Below are positions 27,708-41,807 of a DNA stretch of 64,000 bases, one piece after another (the first letter of the stretch is position 1; the number at the start of each line of letters is the position of its first letter). The stretch is from assembly GCA_034780895.1 (NCBI GenBank), contig JAUZTB010000064.1, positions 64,355,405 to 64,419,404 of the forward strand, written 5' to 3'. Below the pieces are notes generated by a model. That model saw only the letters and a program-made list of their open reading frames with translations, had not been told where the DNA came from and did not search any database. Origin of the DNA: Rhynchobatus australiae. Its lineage: Eukaryota. Made by a program: the position numbers and the translations under genes.

Positions 27708-27929
27708 CTGCATTAACATTTATACATGCATAAAACAATTCAGATCAGATGCTTTTTCCTCAGTTATAAACAAAAATAAAGATTTTAAAAAGTCATCATG
27801 TTGGAAAATAACATCCTAATCTTCAGATAACGCTCCTGGGTACACAGGATATAACTCAGGACATGCATTAAGATGGTGGTACAAGATATAGTTGTTCATA
27901 AATTCCTCCCCTACGTTGAGGACAGAACA

Positions 27930-28245
27930 ATAGCACAGTGGATAGTACTGCACTTACAGCTCTAGCGACCTGGGTTTGATCCTGACCACCAGTGCTGTAT
28001 GTATGGAATCTGTACATTTTCCCTGTGACCATGTGGATTTTTCCTAGGCACTCAATGTTTCCACTCACATCCCAAAGGCATGCTGGTTAATAAGTTAATT
28101 GGTTACTGTAAATTACCCCTAATGTAGGTGTGAGAATTGGGGGAGTTGATGCATGTGCAAGAGAGTAAATTACTGAGACATGTGAGGAAATGGGATTAGT
28201 CTGGGAGCTAGTACAGACTTGATGAGTCAAATAGCCTCCTTCATA
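27930..28245 (+). mobile_element. V-SINE
   Basis: tRNA-like head (GGGTTTGATCC) and V-domain, similar to the 18745 copy. Confidence 0.72.
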
Positions 28246-29210
28246 GAATCATAGAACAGTACAGTACGATACAGGCCCTTCGGCCCACCATGTTGTGCTG
28301 ACATTTAAACCTCATCTAATACTATCCAACCCCTTCCTCCCACATATCCCTCTATTTTAAATTCCTCCATGTGCTTACCGAGCAATCTCTTGAATTTGAC
28401 CACTGTACCTGCCTCCACCACCACCCCAGGCAATGCATTCCATGCTCCAACCACTCTGGGTAAAAAACCTTCCTCTGATATCTCCCTTGAACTTCCCACC
28501 CATTAGTTTAGAGCCATGCCCTCAAGCATTGAGCACTGGTGCCCTGGGAAAGAGGCGCTGGCTGTCTACTCCATCTATTCCTCTTAATATTTTGTACACC
28601 TCTATCATGTCTCCTCTCATCCTCCTCCTCTCCAAAGAGTAAAGNNNNNNNNNNNNNNNNNNNNNNNNNNNNNNNNNNNNNNNNNNNNNNNNNNNNNNNN
28701 NNNNNNNNNNNNNNNNNNNNNNNNNNNNNNNNNNNNNNNNNNNNACTACCCAGAATCCTGCCATTAACTTTGTACTCCACCTTGGAGTTTGTCCTTCCAA
28801 AGTGTACCACCTCACACTTCTGCGGATTGAACTCCATCTGCCACTTCTCAGCCCAGCTCTGCATCCTATCAAAGTCCCTCTGGATCTTTGACAATCCTCC
28901 ACACTATCCACACCACCAACTTTTGTGTCATCTGCAAATGTGCCAATCCACCCTTCTACCCCCTCATCCAATCATTAATAAAAATCATGAAAAGCAGAGA
29001 TCCTTGTGGGACACCGCTAGTCATAGCCCTCCAATCTGAATGCACTCCTTCCACCCCAACCGTCTGCTTTCTACAGGCAAGCCAATTCTGAATCCACATG
29101 GCCAAGCCTCACTGGATCCCATGCCCTCTGACCTTCTGAAGGAGCCTACCAGTGGAACCTTGTTAAATGCCTTACTAAAATCCATGTAGACCACATCTAC
29201 TGCACTATCC
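28246..29210 (-). mobile_element. CR1 LINE 3' portion (RT C-terminus, frameshifted)
   Basis: ORFs contain FADDTKVGG, WAEKWQMEFNPQKCEVVHFGR and LERRRMRGDMIEVYKILRG. Confidence 0.92.
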
Positions 29211-30400
29211 TTCTATATTGTAAGAAAATATACAATTTTCTCAATTCACTAAATAGTAGTAGCTGCACACTCTGTTTCTGAAATATGGTTCCATTGACAT
29301 TAACCTCATCAACTTGGTTTCAATGACCAGACAACCATAACATCTCTTTTTATTGCACTAGTGCATAAATATGCGGCTCAATTTCATGAATAACTGTCAC
29401 GGGTTTAAATAACTAACACAGATTAAACCCTGCTGCATCTTTAAGAGTGATTCTTTGTGGTTGGAGCTAGTAATATTCTTGACGCACAGGCAAGAGCAGA
29501 TGCACTGATTTTCAGATCTGGCTATGGCGGCATTGGTGGACAAGATGCTGAGGAGGTCCGAGGCCTTCTAATACTGTAGTTAGAAAGTCCTCCAGTGAAA
29601 AAGCGGAGCAGTATTGGGAATTTCATGCCCATGTTAGATCCTGAAAGAGCAACCCAATTAATCCCACTCTGCTGCTTCCCATCAAGTTCTCATCGAATTG
29701 GGATTGGAATTGGAATTGGGATTTGCTGTTGGACCATGGTCCGGGTGCAGACATCCACTTGGGAACTGTCTCCCAGACCTCGGAGGTGGCTAAGGGCAGC
29801 CCAGGGCTTCTGTCAGCACTAATGGCTGTCCACACTGACTGAACAGCTTTGACAGCCAGCCACAAGGTGCCCCAGGCCCACCAGCTGACAAAGGGGTCAC
29901 CGACATTCACAAACATTTAGAAACATTCGGGATCCGTGAAAATATTAAAAATAATGATTAAAAGAACTTTATAAAACCTTTGAAATTAAAAGACTGAAAA
30001 CATAATGACATGGGCTGGATCATGCTTACCCATGACAGGCAGGTCCATGGAGAACTAGCGACTGCGCCCTATTTGTGGGCTAGCTCTTCTCTGACTTCAG
30101 CACCTGTGCATTGCAGCATGCAAGCCAGACCACTTAAACTAACTAAAAATAAAAAAGCTAGCTCAAATTAAAATACCTTTCCCTCGGCAGCTGATTTCTC
30201 CTATTCAGTTCAATGGGTAGCACACATTTATAAAGAAAGAGTTTACTTATTGGTTACACCGAGAAGAAAAAGGCCATTTTCTCCGTGGATTAGTTGGTTT
30301 TGGCTCTATTTATTAACTACCTTTATGTAATGGAGAGACTGACATCTGACCAGGGTTAGTACATTAAAAAAGATCAAAGACTATGACTTCAACATCTTAC

Positions 30401-30812
30401 CTTAAATGATTTCAGCACTGTATGTGAATCTTTTGGTTGCGAATAAGGCTTAGGGGTCAACACAGGCACTGCCTTGGGGGCAACAGTTTTGACTGGGGAT
30501 GTGACTGCTGCAGAGAAGTGACTCTGGGCTTGGCTGCTGGGAGTGATCACTGCTTCAACAGTCGCAGTATATTTTTGGATTGNNNNNNNNNNNNNNNNNN
30601 NNNNNNNNNNNNNNNNNNGTTCTCTTGTTGGTGAGCATGGAGAATCTGAATCCACTGACTGACTTCTCTCCAGAAATTTTGGCATCTCCAGGTTTTCAAG
30701 AACAGCTTCGCTGATTATAAATCTCTGTGAATACTTCTTCAAAATTTCTTCAGCTTCTTCTGGAGTCCTTGCTCTTTTATATGCCTCTTGGAGTGCTTTT
30801 TCTCTGGATTCC
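30401..30812 (-). CDS. LIMCH1: LIMCH1 exon J ([24 protein letters not shown]...[10 protein letters not shown]...[26 protein letters not shown]); contains 36 N
   Basis: Strong match to recalled LIMCH1. Acceptor CTCAG|, donor AAG|GTAAGA, phase 2 to 0. The frame is kept across the N run. Confidence 0.96.
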
Positions 30813-32356
30813 CTGAGATTCAAAAATATAGCCAAATTTCAGAATCAGCTTATATGTATCAAATGAAACAGGTCACTTTCTTAATCTTACATTTTTGCCT
30901 AAACCAGCCAGCTGGATTGTGGTCGGTTTGGATTCTATGAATTGTTTTCATCCCATTTATTTAACTCTCTATGTGCTAATGCTTTCGTCTAGAAGTTTCC
31001 TCTCTCATTATCCAGCAGGAAAAAATTGCGGCAGGTACTGCGCCGGTAAAACAATCCCTTGATATTACAGTTCAGTGATTGGAGTAATGCAGTATACAGC
31101 ACAAAAACAGGCCCTTCAGTCCCCAAGACTATACCGAGCATCAACCACCCATCTGCACTGATTCTACCTGAATCCCAGTCTTCATTCTCCCCAAATTCTC
31201 ATCAACTGCCCCCCCCCCCACAAGTCCTATGACTCATCTTCACACTAGGAGAAATTTACAGTAGCCACTTCACCTACAAAACCATTGAGATTATATGATA
31301 AAGGTGCTGCACGGAAAAATGAGTCTGGCAGAGGCCGTTAGTAACACCTTGATGTGCCCATGGGCACTTCTTACTGACTTTTTTTTAAATTCTACACTTA
31401 GACTATAAAGATAAATTCAACTGCTTGGACCAGGCTTTATAGTGTTTTAGATCAAGTTCATGTCCAGATGATTCCAAAGTCCACAATGTTGTAAAATTTT
31501 TCTAGCTGGAGTAAGTGGCGTATAAAATAATGCATGCAGGAATGGCTGAATACTACTGTTACTTAACATGCATCTTATAGTCAAGGTATTACTCACAGTA
31601 TTACTTTTACTTCTTTTTCAGTTCTGTTTTCCAAACTTTTTTTGATTTTGGTTCAAATTTCAAAATGGTATAATCAAGTATACTCAAGTGAGGTGTTTGA
31701 AGGTGGATTTTGACTTCCAAGTGGTCAGCTCCAAAAAATGTTGAATATTACCCTATGTACTACTCACATTGAACAGACAATGCATCAGGTACTCCTGTGC
31801 AGGGGGGGGGGGGAGGTGCGTGAAAACAGGGGGCAGAAATCCACATCCAGGATTTGGTGAGCAATCACTGGGAATGCCAACCTTTCTCAAACGAAGAAGT
31901 AACCATGGCCTATTTACCCACGAAAAATAATCTGAACTTTCATTTCTTTTGGCTTCCAGTTTTTATTAATGCCAATGCAAACCTACCAGAAGGCCATTAC
32001 AAAGCAACAGGTCTAAAGCCTACAAGGATATTGTACAACAAATCCTATCTTATTATGGGTGTCCGTGCCACCCAGTGGTTTGCACTGGGAAGCACAAGGT
32101 TGCACTTTGGTTTTAGCTCTGTTGATTGACTGTTTCTGATGGGCAGAAGAGGGTTATGTCTCCCTTTACCAGTGGACCAAGTCATGGTAATTTTATTGGT
32201 AACAAAATTCCTAGGATGTAAAAACTATTATGCAGACTTAAAAAAAATCAACTGGTTTGCAGGAACTGGCTGAAAGAAAAGGTTTTCTTGCATATTGAAG
32301 GTAAGGAGGCAAGGTAACTGGTAATCCTTTAAGGCCATAGAGAATAAGAATAAAGG

Positions 32357-32357
<1 letters not shown>

Positions 32358-32392
<35 letters not shown>
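32358..32392. repeat. (CA)n microsatellite
   Basis: Read directly from the sequence. Confidence 0.97.
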
Positions 32393-32394
<2 letters not shown>

Positions 32395-33064
32395 AATTAG
32401 TGGGAGATCAATGATGCACTTTAATTACTAATCAAAATTCAATGATATAGAATTGATGATGTTATCTGAGGACTTCCAATGTTAACGGAAGTAGGATGGG
32501 ATTGAGGGTAAATAATCATTAAAGCTGTTTATTGAGCACTTATAAAATCATAATTAACTCAGCTTCCAAGTTTAACCTTGGCTGGCCCAGTGTTGCAGGC
32601 TGTCATAAGCCCAAGAGCAAATGAGAGATGGGGAGAGCTCTTTGGAGAAGTGAGTGTCTCAACAGTAGTGCCAGGGTTCAGGAGAAATAGGAATGCTTTT
32701 TCCCATCCCCCACACATCCCTATCCAGTAAACTACGTGGCCTTAGACTGATGCATTGCAGATTAACTCCATCTTGGACCTCTCAAACTGGGCTGGGTCTA
32801 GGATCAAACAATCAAACCTGGAGGCCACCTAATGAGGAGACCACACGGTCAAAATGACTGGAAAGTCAAGCACCGTGTGTTCAGAACTGAATGACACTCT
32901 GAGAAACCCAAACTTTGTGAATAGAACTCTCCCCTGCTGCTCCTCCCCATATGGTCATCAAACCTGAGCCAGACTAGACCAAAACAACAGTATCATGCAA
33001 ACACATCTCACAATGACTGACAAAAATCGTCAGGTTGGGGCAAATTTGTCTCCAAACAACATAC

Positions 33065-33222
33065 TTTTCTTCCACGATTTCTTTATAGGTTTTAATGCTC
33101 CTCCGTCTTTCTGACTGACTGTGTTCCCCACTCATTATTTTTTCCACAATATCTCTCTCCTCTTTGCGTTTGATCAGATCTTGCGATGCACTCCTTCTCC
33201 TGTTCTTCCAGCGAGCCAGATC
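33065..33222 (-). CDS. LIMCH1: LIMCH1 exon I ([23 protein letters not shown]...[15 protein letters not shown])
   Basis: Strong match to recalled LIMCH1 DUF4757 sequence. Acceptor ACAG|, donor |GTATGT, phase 0 to 2. Confidence 0.96.
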
Positions 33223-35090
33223 CTGTATATAAAAGAAAAAAATCACATTTTCCTTCACAGTGTAATGTCTGTAATTTAACGTCAGTCCCTTGTGGCAGAA
33301 ACAATCAGTTGCTTTTACACTAGCTCCTTCATTTTCAAAAAAAAGTGACAAGGCTCTTTGCAGGGCTATTGGATCTTGGGCCGGAAGTCCTTCTGTTCTG
33401 GGAAAGGTGTGTTAAATTGGTGCTGCAAAGGTCCTGTGACAGGTTTATGCAAAGTCAACCATCCCGAGCAGTGTAATTCTATCCCTCAGAAGGTCCAAGA
33501 CATCATGTACAGTGGACTAGATCCATGGACCAAATCCCTTCTTTCATGAGAGAAGAGGGAAAATCAGATACGTCACTAACTGCTGGGGTGGATGGTTAGT
33601 AGACGGACTGGGGTTGGAGGGGTGGTGTTAGAATGGAGAGAATTTTGCCTAAAATTGTGGGAGGAAGGGGGCTGGGAGCATCAATGGTTGGCCATGAAAG
33701 ATGGAGCAATATTGCTGGTCAGCCTTTCAGAGATGCAGTAGTACTAGTGGTCAGGCATTGGGGGTAAGGGCTGAAATGTTTAAAGAATGTAGAGGGAAAA
33801 TGCTGGCAGAGTTCTGATTAAAAAGAATGATGCCAAAGGGAGCATAAAGCAGCTGAGCCTAGAATTGACAGAGGTATGAATTGGGGAAGGAGACGCAGGT
33901 GATGGGGGTTTAATTGGTGACACGAGGGGCAAGGCTGAAAGTAATGAGATGCAGGAGGAAAGTGCTGAAATAGAAATGTGAGAGGATAGTGCCTCAGCTT
34001 GTAGATTAGGAATGGGAAAGACCAGGATCAAAGGATGCAGGAAATTAAGGAGGGGAAAAACTCATCAGCATCTTTGGTTGGGAGGTACAGAATTGGAAAG
34101 AGGGATTTAAGCATGTCCTTGTCTTTAGATGAGGCTGTTGGCTATCTGCTACATGGTCATTTGCCTCCTCCTTTACTAGGGGCCTGCCAACACTAGGTAA
34201 GCAGGTTTGACTTCAGAATGTCTTTCAGAGTTAGCACTGAGCAACAATAGCAGGGTGGGATTTCGGGGAGGGAGGGAGGGAGGGGAAGAGAGGAGGAGAG
34301 CATAAAACCCACCCAGCCACTAATTCAGCACTGTTTCTGTCATCTTATCCCAATATCCTTTAAAATAAATACAGGGCAATGTTATTGCAAGTCTGTCTGC
34401 AGTGCAGCCACTTGAAACCACAGACACAATCTCCATGGACTTTTTTTTTAAAAAATAACAAAAATAATGTAACAATAGGTGGCTTACTTTTATAGGTTGG
34501 CAGCATTACCTTGGCTGATTCACCTGTGCAAGCCTCTATGCAAGGTAGCAAAGACTATTGCAATTTAATGTATATTGCTCACTGATATCTGTAAAATAGT
34601 TTGCTCCTATTGTTTTCCCTGGACACTGGTGCATAAATACTGATTTGTTCCTTTGAAATGCTTACTGCCACTATTTTGGCAGAAGCATTAATCTAAGCAA
34701 ATTCGGCAAGCAATGCACAAAACATCCAGGGCAAGAATTTACTCCCAATAATGTGCGTCCTGTGTTCACCACTGAGCTCCAAATACAGTGGGTACAACTT
34801 AAAACATTACTTCAAACTATCTAACAAGACAATGGCAGGTAGTATCAATCACTTTCATAAGACGGAGGAGATAATGATGGGGTTCGTCAGTTCCTGTCTT
34901 TGTCTTTCCACACTGCCTTTTGGTACCAGATGAGTAGTAGCCAGCACCAAGGTGCAGAGCAGGAGATAACAGCCAAGGCAAGTGTTTGACTTTAGTGAGG
35001 AGTTAGGGTGGGTAGAAATAAGAGACTGGGGAGATGGCTGGGAGATGCAGATGGAGTGCAATGGCAAATGGTTTCAGTTTTAGAGCTTAC

Positions 35091-35217
35091 ATCTTGCCAT
35101 TTGTCCTGGTCTTCACGAAGCCGACTGTGGACTTTGTGTAGCTCCTCATGGCGTGCTTTACTGTGGGGCTGTACTGAATTGTCATCTTCTGGCCTCATGT
35201 CATTCATACTGACGCTT
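35091..35217 (-). CDS. LIMCH1: LIMCH1 exon H (SVSMNDMRPEDDNSVQPHSKARHEELHKVHSRLREDQDKWQD), DUF4757 region
   Basis: Matches recalled '[24 protein letters not shown]...EEDDKWQD'. Acceptor CTGCAG|, donor |GTAAGC, phase 2 to 0. Confidence 0.95.
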
Positions 35218-37984
35218 CTGCAGAGCAAGTTAAAGAAGATGTAAGAATGCATTTATTTTTCACAATTAGTGTGTAATACTTACTGTACATTCCTCTTCCA
35301 CAAGGGGGTGCTAGAATTCATTAAATACAATTTCATTCATCTTTTTCTCATGAGTAATATTCACTTCACCCATGGGTAAATTAATGTGTAAAGCCAAAGT
35401 GCACGATTTCCACAATAATCAATCAGAAGGACAAGTTCACTGTCACCACTTGACAGTTTCTACAATATTACACGGTTAAAGATCCAAGTAGATTTTTGAA
35501 CAATTTACTTGGATCTGTAATTTAGTTCACGGGACTAAAAGCAAATAGCAATTTATAATTTTCAAAAATTGCTGGAATTGGGAAACATTCCTCTGATTTC
35601 ATGACACATAGTTTTAGATTATGTAAACTGTCACGTGAATATTGACCTGAACAGGACACTTAGTCATGAGGTTGGAACATTTTCAGTTCACTTCCCCTAA
35701 ATGAAAAACTGAGAGCTTTGCTACATTCAAGATTTTGATAAAACCGCAAAGTTTACATTTTTGGGATTCATAATGCATTATTATAACTAAGGTGTTTTAT
35801 TTTACCATTATAATATCAAAATAATAAATCACATTGTAAAAAGGAAAGATTCTACTGAGAAAAATGCAGAACTGTGGCTTGGGATCCCATTCAAAACCTG
35901 GATTATCATGAAGGATGTTCCTGGAAAGGAATTACATCCGAAACAAAAGAACAGTCCACAAAGCAGTTATACAACTTTATCCCCAACCTGACTTCTCTGA
36001 TGTTTCCAGTTAAAAACAGATGGGTAATATTTTAATGCTCAAAGCATTTCTTCTCATTATGTGATGTGATTTATGATTTGGGAGGAGATGTCCAACTGGA
36101 AAACTGCAAGTTGGTTTGGCCTCAATTCGTTCATAAAGGTTAAAACAACAATGGGAATTGATCAAGCATAACTTTTTGCACTGAATCTGTTAAAAGGAAG
36201 TGAAATATTGCAAGCCAAGCAGTATAATAAAATATGAAACAACACAAAATAAGCCAAAAAGTGTCATTCAGCACCCAAGAGACAAGTTTATTTTCATGCA
36301 ATCCACATAACCTGTGCAATGTTTAACAGAACACAGCCATCAAGCGAGCCAACGCATAGCGACAACTTCCAATCTGCATTAAATCAGTTGTTACACAACA
36401 TTTGGAGTAACTAAGAAAGGAAGGAAGCATTATCTTTTAAAGTACTCATAGGTTCATGCCATGCATGCCTTACATCAGACAAATGATAATAATTATGATT
36501 AGTATCCATATGATGTGAAAGCAATAGTATGGAAAATATATTTGTTCAATGAGTCAGTCATAGAGTCAAAACCTGGGCTTTTGGCCTAACTTATCCACGC
36601 TGACTTTGTTGCCCTGTGAGCTAGTCCCATCTGCCCACATTTGGCCCATAGCCCTCGAAACCTCTCCTATCCATGTATTTATTGAGATGGCTTTTAAATG
36701 TTGCTAATGTGCCCACCTCAATCACTTCTTCTGGCAGCTCATTCCAAATACGCACCACCCTTTGCGTTCATGTGGCTTGAAGGGGTTTATTACAAATTCA
36801 ACGAATTCACTGATTGATATTTATTTCATTTCTTTTAAAAGTAAAGCTACTTTGTGAAATGTGACAGCTAATGTATATTAAAGACATGTGTAGTTATCAG
36901 TCATATTTTAAGTAGCCCGAGACTCAAACATTGGATATCCGAAGCTAATATGCTGAGCAATCTGATAACTACCATGAAAGCTGACAGGTTTTTCTGCAAA
37001 TCTACTCTTTCCAATCACCCACAATTCCATTCATTTTCTTTCTTCACTGAACTGCTTTATTTGGGAAGTCATTAATAAACTAAACTTCAAGTTTATTCTT
37101 TAAACCTCAGTGATTCCCCCTCTGCTCTCCCCAATGAAGATGTCATTCTCCATCTCTTGCATTTAACTATTGTAGTTCTAATTGCTTAAGACTTCAAAAT
37201 CAAATCCACAATATCTGTAGAGTATAACGTACAGGAAGTAAGCCATGCAACTCAGATAATGTTATTAAGCACAAGCTTGATTGTTCTCAGATAACCCCCT
37301 AAGCAACATCACACACGTTTTATAAGATCTCCTCCAACACCATTGGCAATTTAAGATTTTCTCTTGCACTGCATACTACTGTCATCTCATCATGCCCCTC
37401 ATCAGCTTTTGTGGTTCCAAATGAACTACTTTCATTTGCAGTTAAAACCTAATGCGTTCTTGCTCATAGCAGACCATGCAGGTGCTGTGTGTATTTCATT
37501 TGCTTTGATTTCAGGTCAACAATGCTTTAAAGGGTACCTAGCTTGCATCAACTACAACTCCCATTATCATTTCGAATTCTTTGCCTGAATAATGTTTCCA
37601 TCTGCTCTTCGAGAACAACAGCTGGAATGGAGTTACTTCTTTATTGGGTAATGCACAGTATTCAGCCACAGTGAATTCCTTGCATACAGAATGAATGCGC
37701 AGCCTGTGACCCTCTCAACTCTATGACTCCATTCTACACCCAATGACTAGAAGGACAAATACCCTAGCATCAATCTTTATCACTTAAAAACTCTTATTAA
37801 AGTTCAGTTTGCCTGTTGGCTTGTGGCACATGCCCCACATCACAATACTTCCTATAAGATGCCCTTTCCCATTCATCAATTTTACCTACTCCTTTTCTAT
37901 TGATTTGGGCTCCAAACACTCTGCTCATGCAAAACAGCAACTCTAGTATTTTATAGTTTTGCATTCTGTTCATGAGTCCCTTTT

Positions 37985-38190
37985 CTGCTTCGGGAGACAC
38001 AAAATGCAGAATGGGTGATCGCTGGCAGACATGTACCTGGCTCCAACTTTCTCATCACCCCCCCCCACCTCTGATCTGCCCTTTCTTCCTACACAGATCC
38101 AATGAAATCACTGGAAGCTTCAGGTACAGCACCTAAATTTTACACCAAGCACATTAAAGTCTTCCAAAACAACACCAAGTTCAACGCTTT
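37985..38190 (+). mobile_element. Degenerate Penelope GIY-YIG fragment
   Basis: GGAGACACAAAATGCAGAATGGGTGATCGC translates as GDTKCRMGDR, resembling Penelope GETKRRLGDRF. Confidence 0.5.
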
Positions 38191-39579
38191 GGGCATTAAT
38201 TCCACTATTCAGATTTACATTACTGCTACACCCAACTTTTGATTCTTCATTTATAAACCTACAAGAAGACTCATAATTAGTACAGAGAAATTATGTATCC
38301 AACTATAATCATTTCTTCAACATTTAAAAGAAATGTTTTTACTGGGCCAGATTTGGCTGGCCTGGTACCTGGTCCGTAGTTCACCCACTACTTACCTGAC
38401 CTGGATTAGGAGCCAGTGTATGACTAGCCCAGAGCACCCCAGACGTGGTGAGGGCAGTGGGCATGACCCAGGTGAGGAAGCCCCCACCCTGAAGACACGC
38501 CCTGCGCCCAAAGCCCCACCCCCTGATAAACAGTTTTTGTAACTCACTAGAAATGCAAACAATGAAAATTATTCATGTAAAGCAACATAATTAAAGAAAG
38601 TAGCTTCCCTGCCCCCTTTACCTCCTAATGTGGAGGAAGTACACTGAAAAATTCAATCAGTCTGTAAGCCTGCCACTCCTGCGCTTGACAACACATGCTG
38701 GCAAGTCCCGGACTTTCTCATTTCTACCGGTCCCAGAATGCACATTATTGATCTTTTCTTAACTACAATTTTTTTTTCTGACTTCTTGGTATTTGCTGAT
38801 TGATACAATTACGTTTAAAAGATATTTGGACAGGTACGAGAATAGAGAGATATGGGCCAGTGCAGGCAAATGGGACTAGCTCAGGAATACACCTAGCTTG
38901 GACATTGGGCCGCAGGGCCTGCTTCTGTGTTGTATTTCTCTATGAGTCATATTGTCATGCCCTTTGGTTCCCTGTGTCCATACAGACCACCATGCACCAA
39001 TCTATGCTAATCCCATGTCCCAGCACTTGATCTTCCAGGCCATTGCGTTGCAAGTGCTCATCTGAATACTCTCACGGGAATATTTGTCTCCATCATCCCA
39101 TTAGGCAGTGAGTTCCTGGTTTTAACCACCCGCTGACTGAATAAAATTGCATAAATCCTCTCCATATCGTCTACCACTTACCTTAAAAATGTGCCTCACA
39201 GTCAGGGGAAAAATTTCTCATGATCTACCCATCTATCCCCCTCAAAATTGGTTTCAGTTCAGTCATGATTTTTTTGTTGTTTTAGGAGCATAATAATTAG
39301 TTAATAAGATTAAAATTGATTCAAAACAACATGCTCAAAATGTCACTCTTAAATGTAATGCTTTAATTGCTTGATACATGTACATACAGTACATTATTCT
39401 CAGGCAGAATGAATGGAATGCATGCACTCCAGGATTCAGGATACAACATCATCAAATTAACGTGAACTTAGGATCAAGGACATTGTGATGAGACTGATTC
39501 AAAGGCTGGGCAACATTAAGTGTATATGAGTGGACAAGGTTTAATTATCACATCATTGAAAAAATATATCGAAAATATA

Positions 39580-40010
39580 AGGAACAGGCCCTTCGTCCAC
39601 CAACGTCTGCACTGACCATAATGCCAAATTAAACTAATCTCATCTGCATGCACATACCTCCATTCCCTGCCTGTTCACAAGTCTGTCTAAATGCCTCTTA
39701 AACACCACAATCGTATCTCCTTCTACTATCTCTGTCCCCTGGCAGCGTGATCCAAACACCTACTACTCTCTGCATAACAAACTTGTCTCGCAAATCTCTT
39801 TTAAACTTTCCCCCTTCATCTTAAGCCTATGCCCTCCAGTATTTGACATTTCTACCTTGGGAAAAAGACTTTGATTAGCTACCTTGTCAATGCCTCTCAT
39901 AATTTTACATACTTCTTTCAGATCACCTCTCAGCCTCCAAAGCACCAGAGAAAACAGTCCAAGTTTGTCTCCAAAGTCTCATCGTCCCTCTTATAGTGTG
40001 GTGACCAGAC
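39580..40010 (-). mobile_element. CR1 LINE 3' fragment
   Basis: ORF with RLRGDLKEVCKIMRGIDKV...GHRLK. Confidence 0.85.
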
Positions 40011-41771
40011 ACGGAATACTCCCATTCCTCTATTAGTTGTCAGCTATCACAGGAGTTGAATAGATTAAATTCTGAAGTCCTGCTCGTTAATTAAACATCC
40101 CATCTGTGCTAGGGTTTTATTTTAAAGATTCATTTTCATGCTGCCTGCTCTTATTTTGGGAGGAATTTCTTGATTACCTAGTGAAATTGTAAATGTAGTT
40201 GTAAAATCTATAATAGTAACCTCAAATTCTTACATTCCTGTTTTGCATTTTTGCTAAATAATGTANNNNNNNNNNTACTCATTGTTACATTTTATTGCCA
40301 GCTGTTTATTATAACATTTGTAAAATTATTTTAGGTATTTTGGTTGGGGAACATCTGAAAGCACTTTGCTGAGTACTTGGACTAGGAGACAGGAAAGAAC
40401 CAAGAAACCAAAGGCTTGCTTAAGGAAAATAGGACAGAGGTATAAGATACTTCCTTTTTCTGTTTTGTTAATTTTTTTGGATATGGTGTCAAATTCACTT
40501 CCAGTCATTTTAAAGCAAACACCAATAAATGGTATTCCAGATCATACCGGTCCAAGCTGAACAGTTATTCTTCCTGAGTGTCACCTTTTCATTTAGCTCT
40601 ATTGTGATTTAACACTTTGTCAATGTATTCGTTCTTGAGCTGATCCATTCCCCTGGCAGATTCATGCTGTGCTTTGAATATTTCATTGAAACATACATGA
40701 AGATGTAAGCAGCGACTTTCTATGATACTGGCAAAAGCTCAAAGCTTCAAATTCAATTTAACTTGAAGTTAACTATGAACATCAAATAATATGTTGGCAT
40801 GTAAAATATCATTAACCAAATTCACATGCAACAGCAGAGAAAAATAATTGGTCAAGAAATGTGCTTTTATGGACTAGTCCCCATATTCCAAAACCTTACC
40901 TTTACACTGATGCTCTCTTTCACCATCCACTCTTCCACTATCCATCCCCTTGCACTTCCAACCACAAGGTAAACAACAATTATTTTCTTATATACAGCAC
41001 AATAAGCTTGTGCTGGCTTTTTAGTGGAGCCATCCAATTAGTTCCATTCCTCTATGCTTTTCTCCTGACCCTGAAAATTAATCCTTTTATCAAGTACATA
41101 TATAATTCTGTTTTGAAAGTTTTGCACTGGATTATTGAGAACATATTTTATTTCATATTTGGCAAGATGTAAATTTGAAACAGAAAACATGTTTCATTTG
41201 TGTGGGAGTTAAATAAACCCAGCCAAGGAACTAGAAAGCAATCCAGATACTTGTGTCCCTAGTTGTACCCCTCCCACCAACATAACTACATTTTAATTGC
41301 ATCTCCTCCCCACCCTGTCAAAACCCACCCCTAACCCTGCCTGCCTTCTAGAGTACTCTGTTTTCATTATGAAAATAAATTGCTGTTATACTTAATAATT
41401 CCACATACTACAGCAATTGATTTAGAAAGTGTTCTGCATAGGTTTTTTAATATGTGGATATGGAGAATACACATGGACATTTGTTTCACAATGACCTAAC
41501 GGCAACTGGCACTCATTACGATCTCCAATTTGCAAATATCATTCCTGATTCCATTCTCTTTAAATCTGGTTTAGTTTTTATGAGTGTAATTTCACCTGTT
41601 TCTTATACAAAGGGTTGCTGTCAGTAAGCCCAGCTGCATGTTGCTACATATAGTCAAAGTAGTTAATCATGCACGCCTAGACAAACACATTATTCTTGGT
41701 GGTTTAGTAAGCAATTGTGAATATGATCAAGCCATGCAATTCCTTATTTTTAAATTCAAGGTACCACTTAC

Positions 41772-41807
41772 CCTGTATCATCAGACAGGGCTGCTGTAGG
41801 ACTGTAT
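41772..41807 (-). CDS. LIMCH1: LIMCH1 36-nt microexon G (YSPTAALSDDTG), phase 2-2
   Basis: Acceptor GGTCTTGTAG|, consensus donor GG|GTAAGT. Corresponds to recalled human 'YGPRTPVSDDAE'. Confidence 0.88.
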
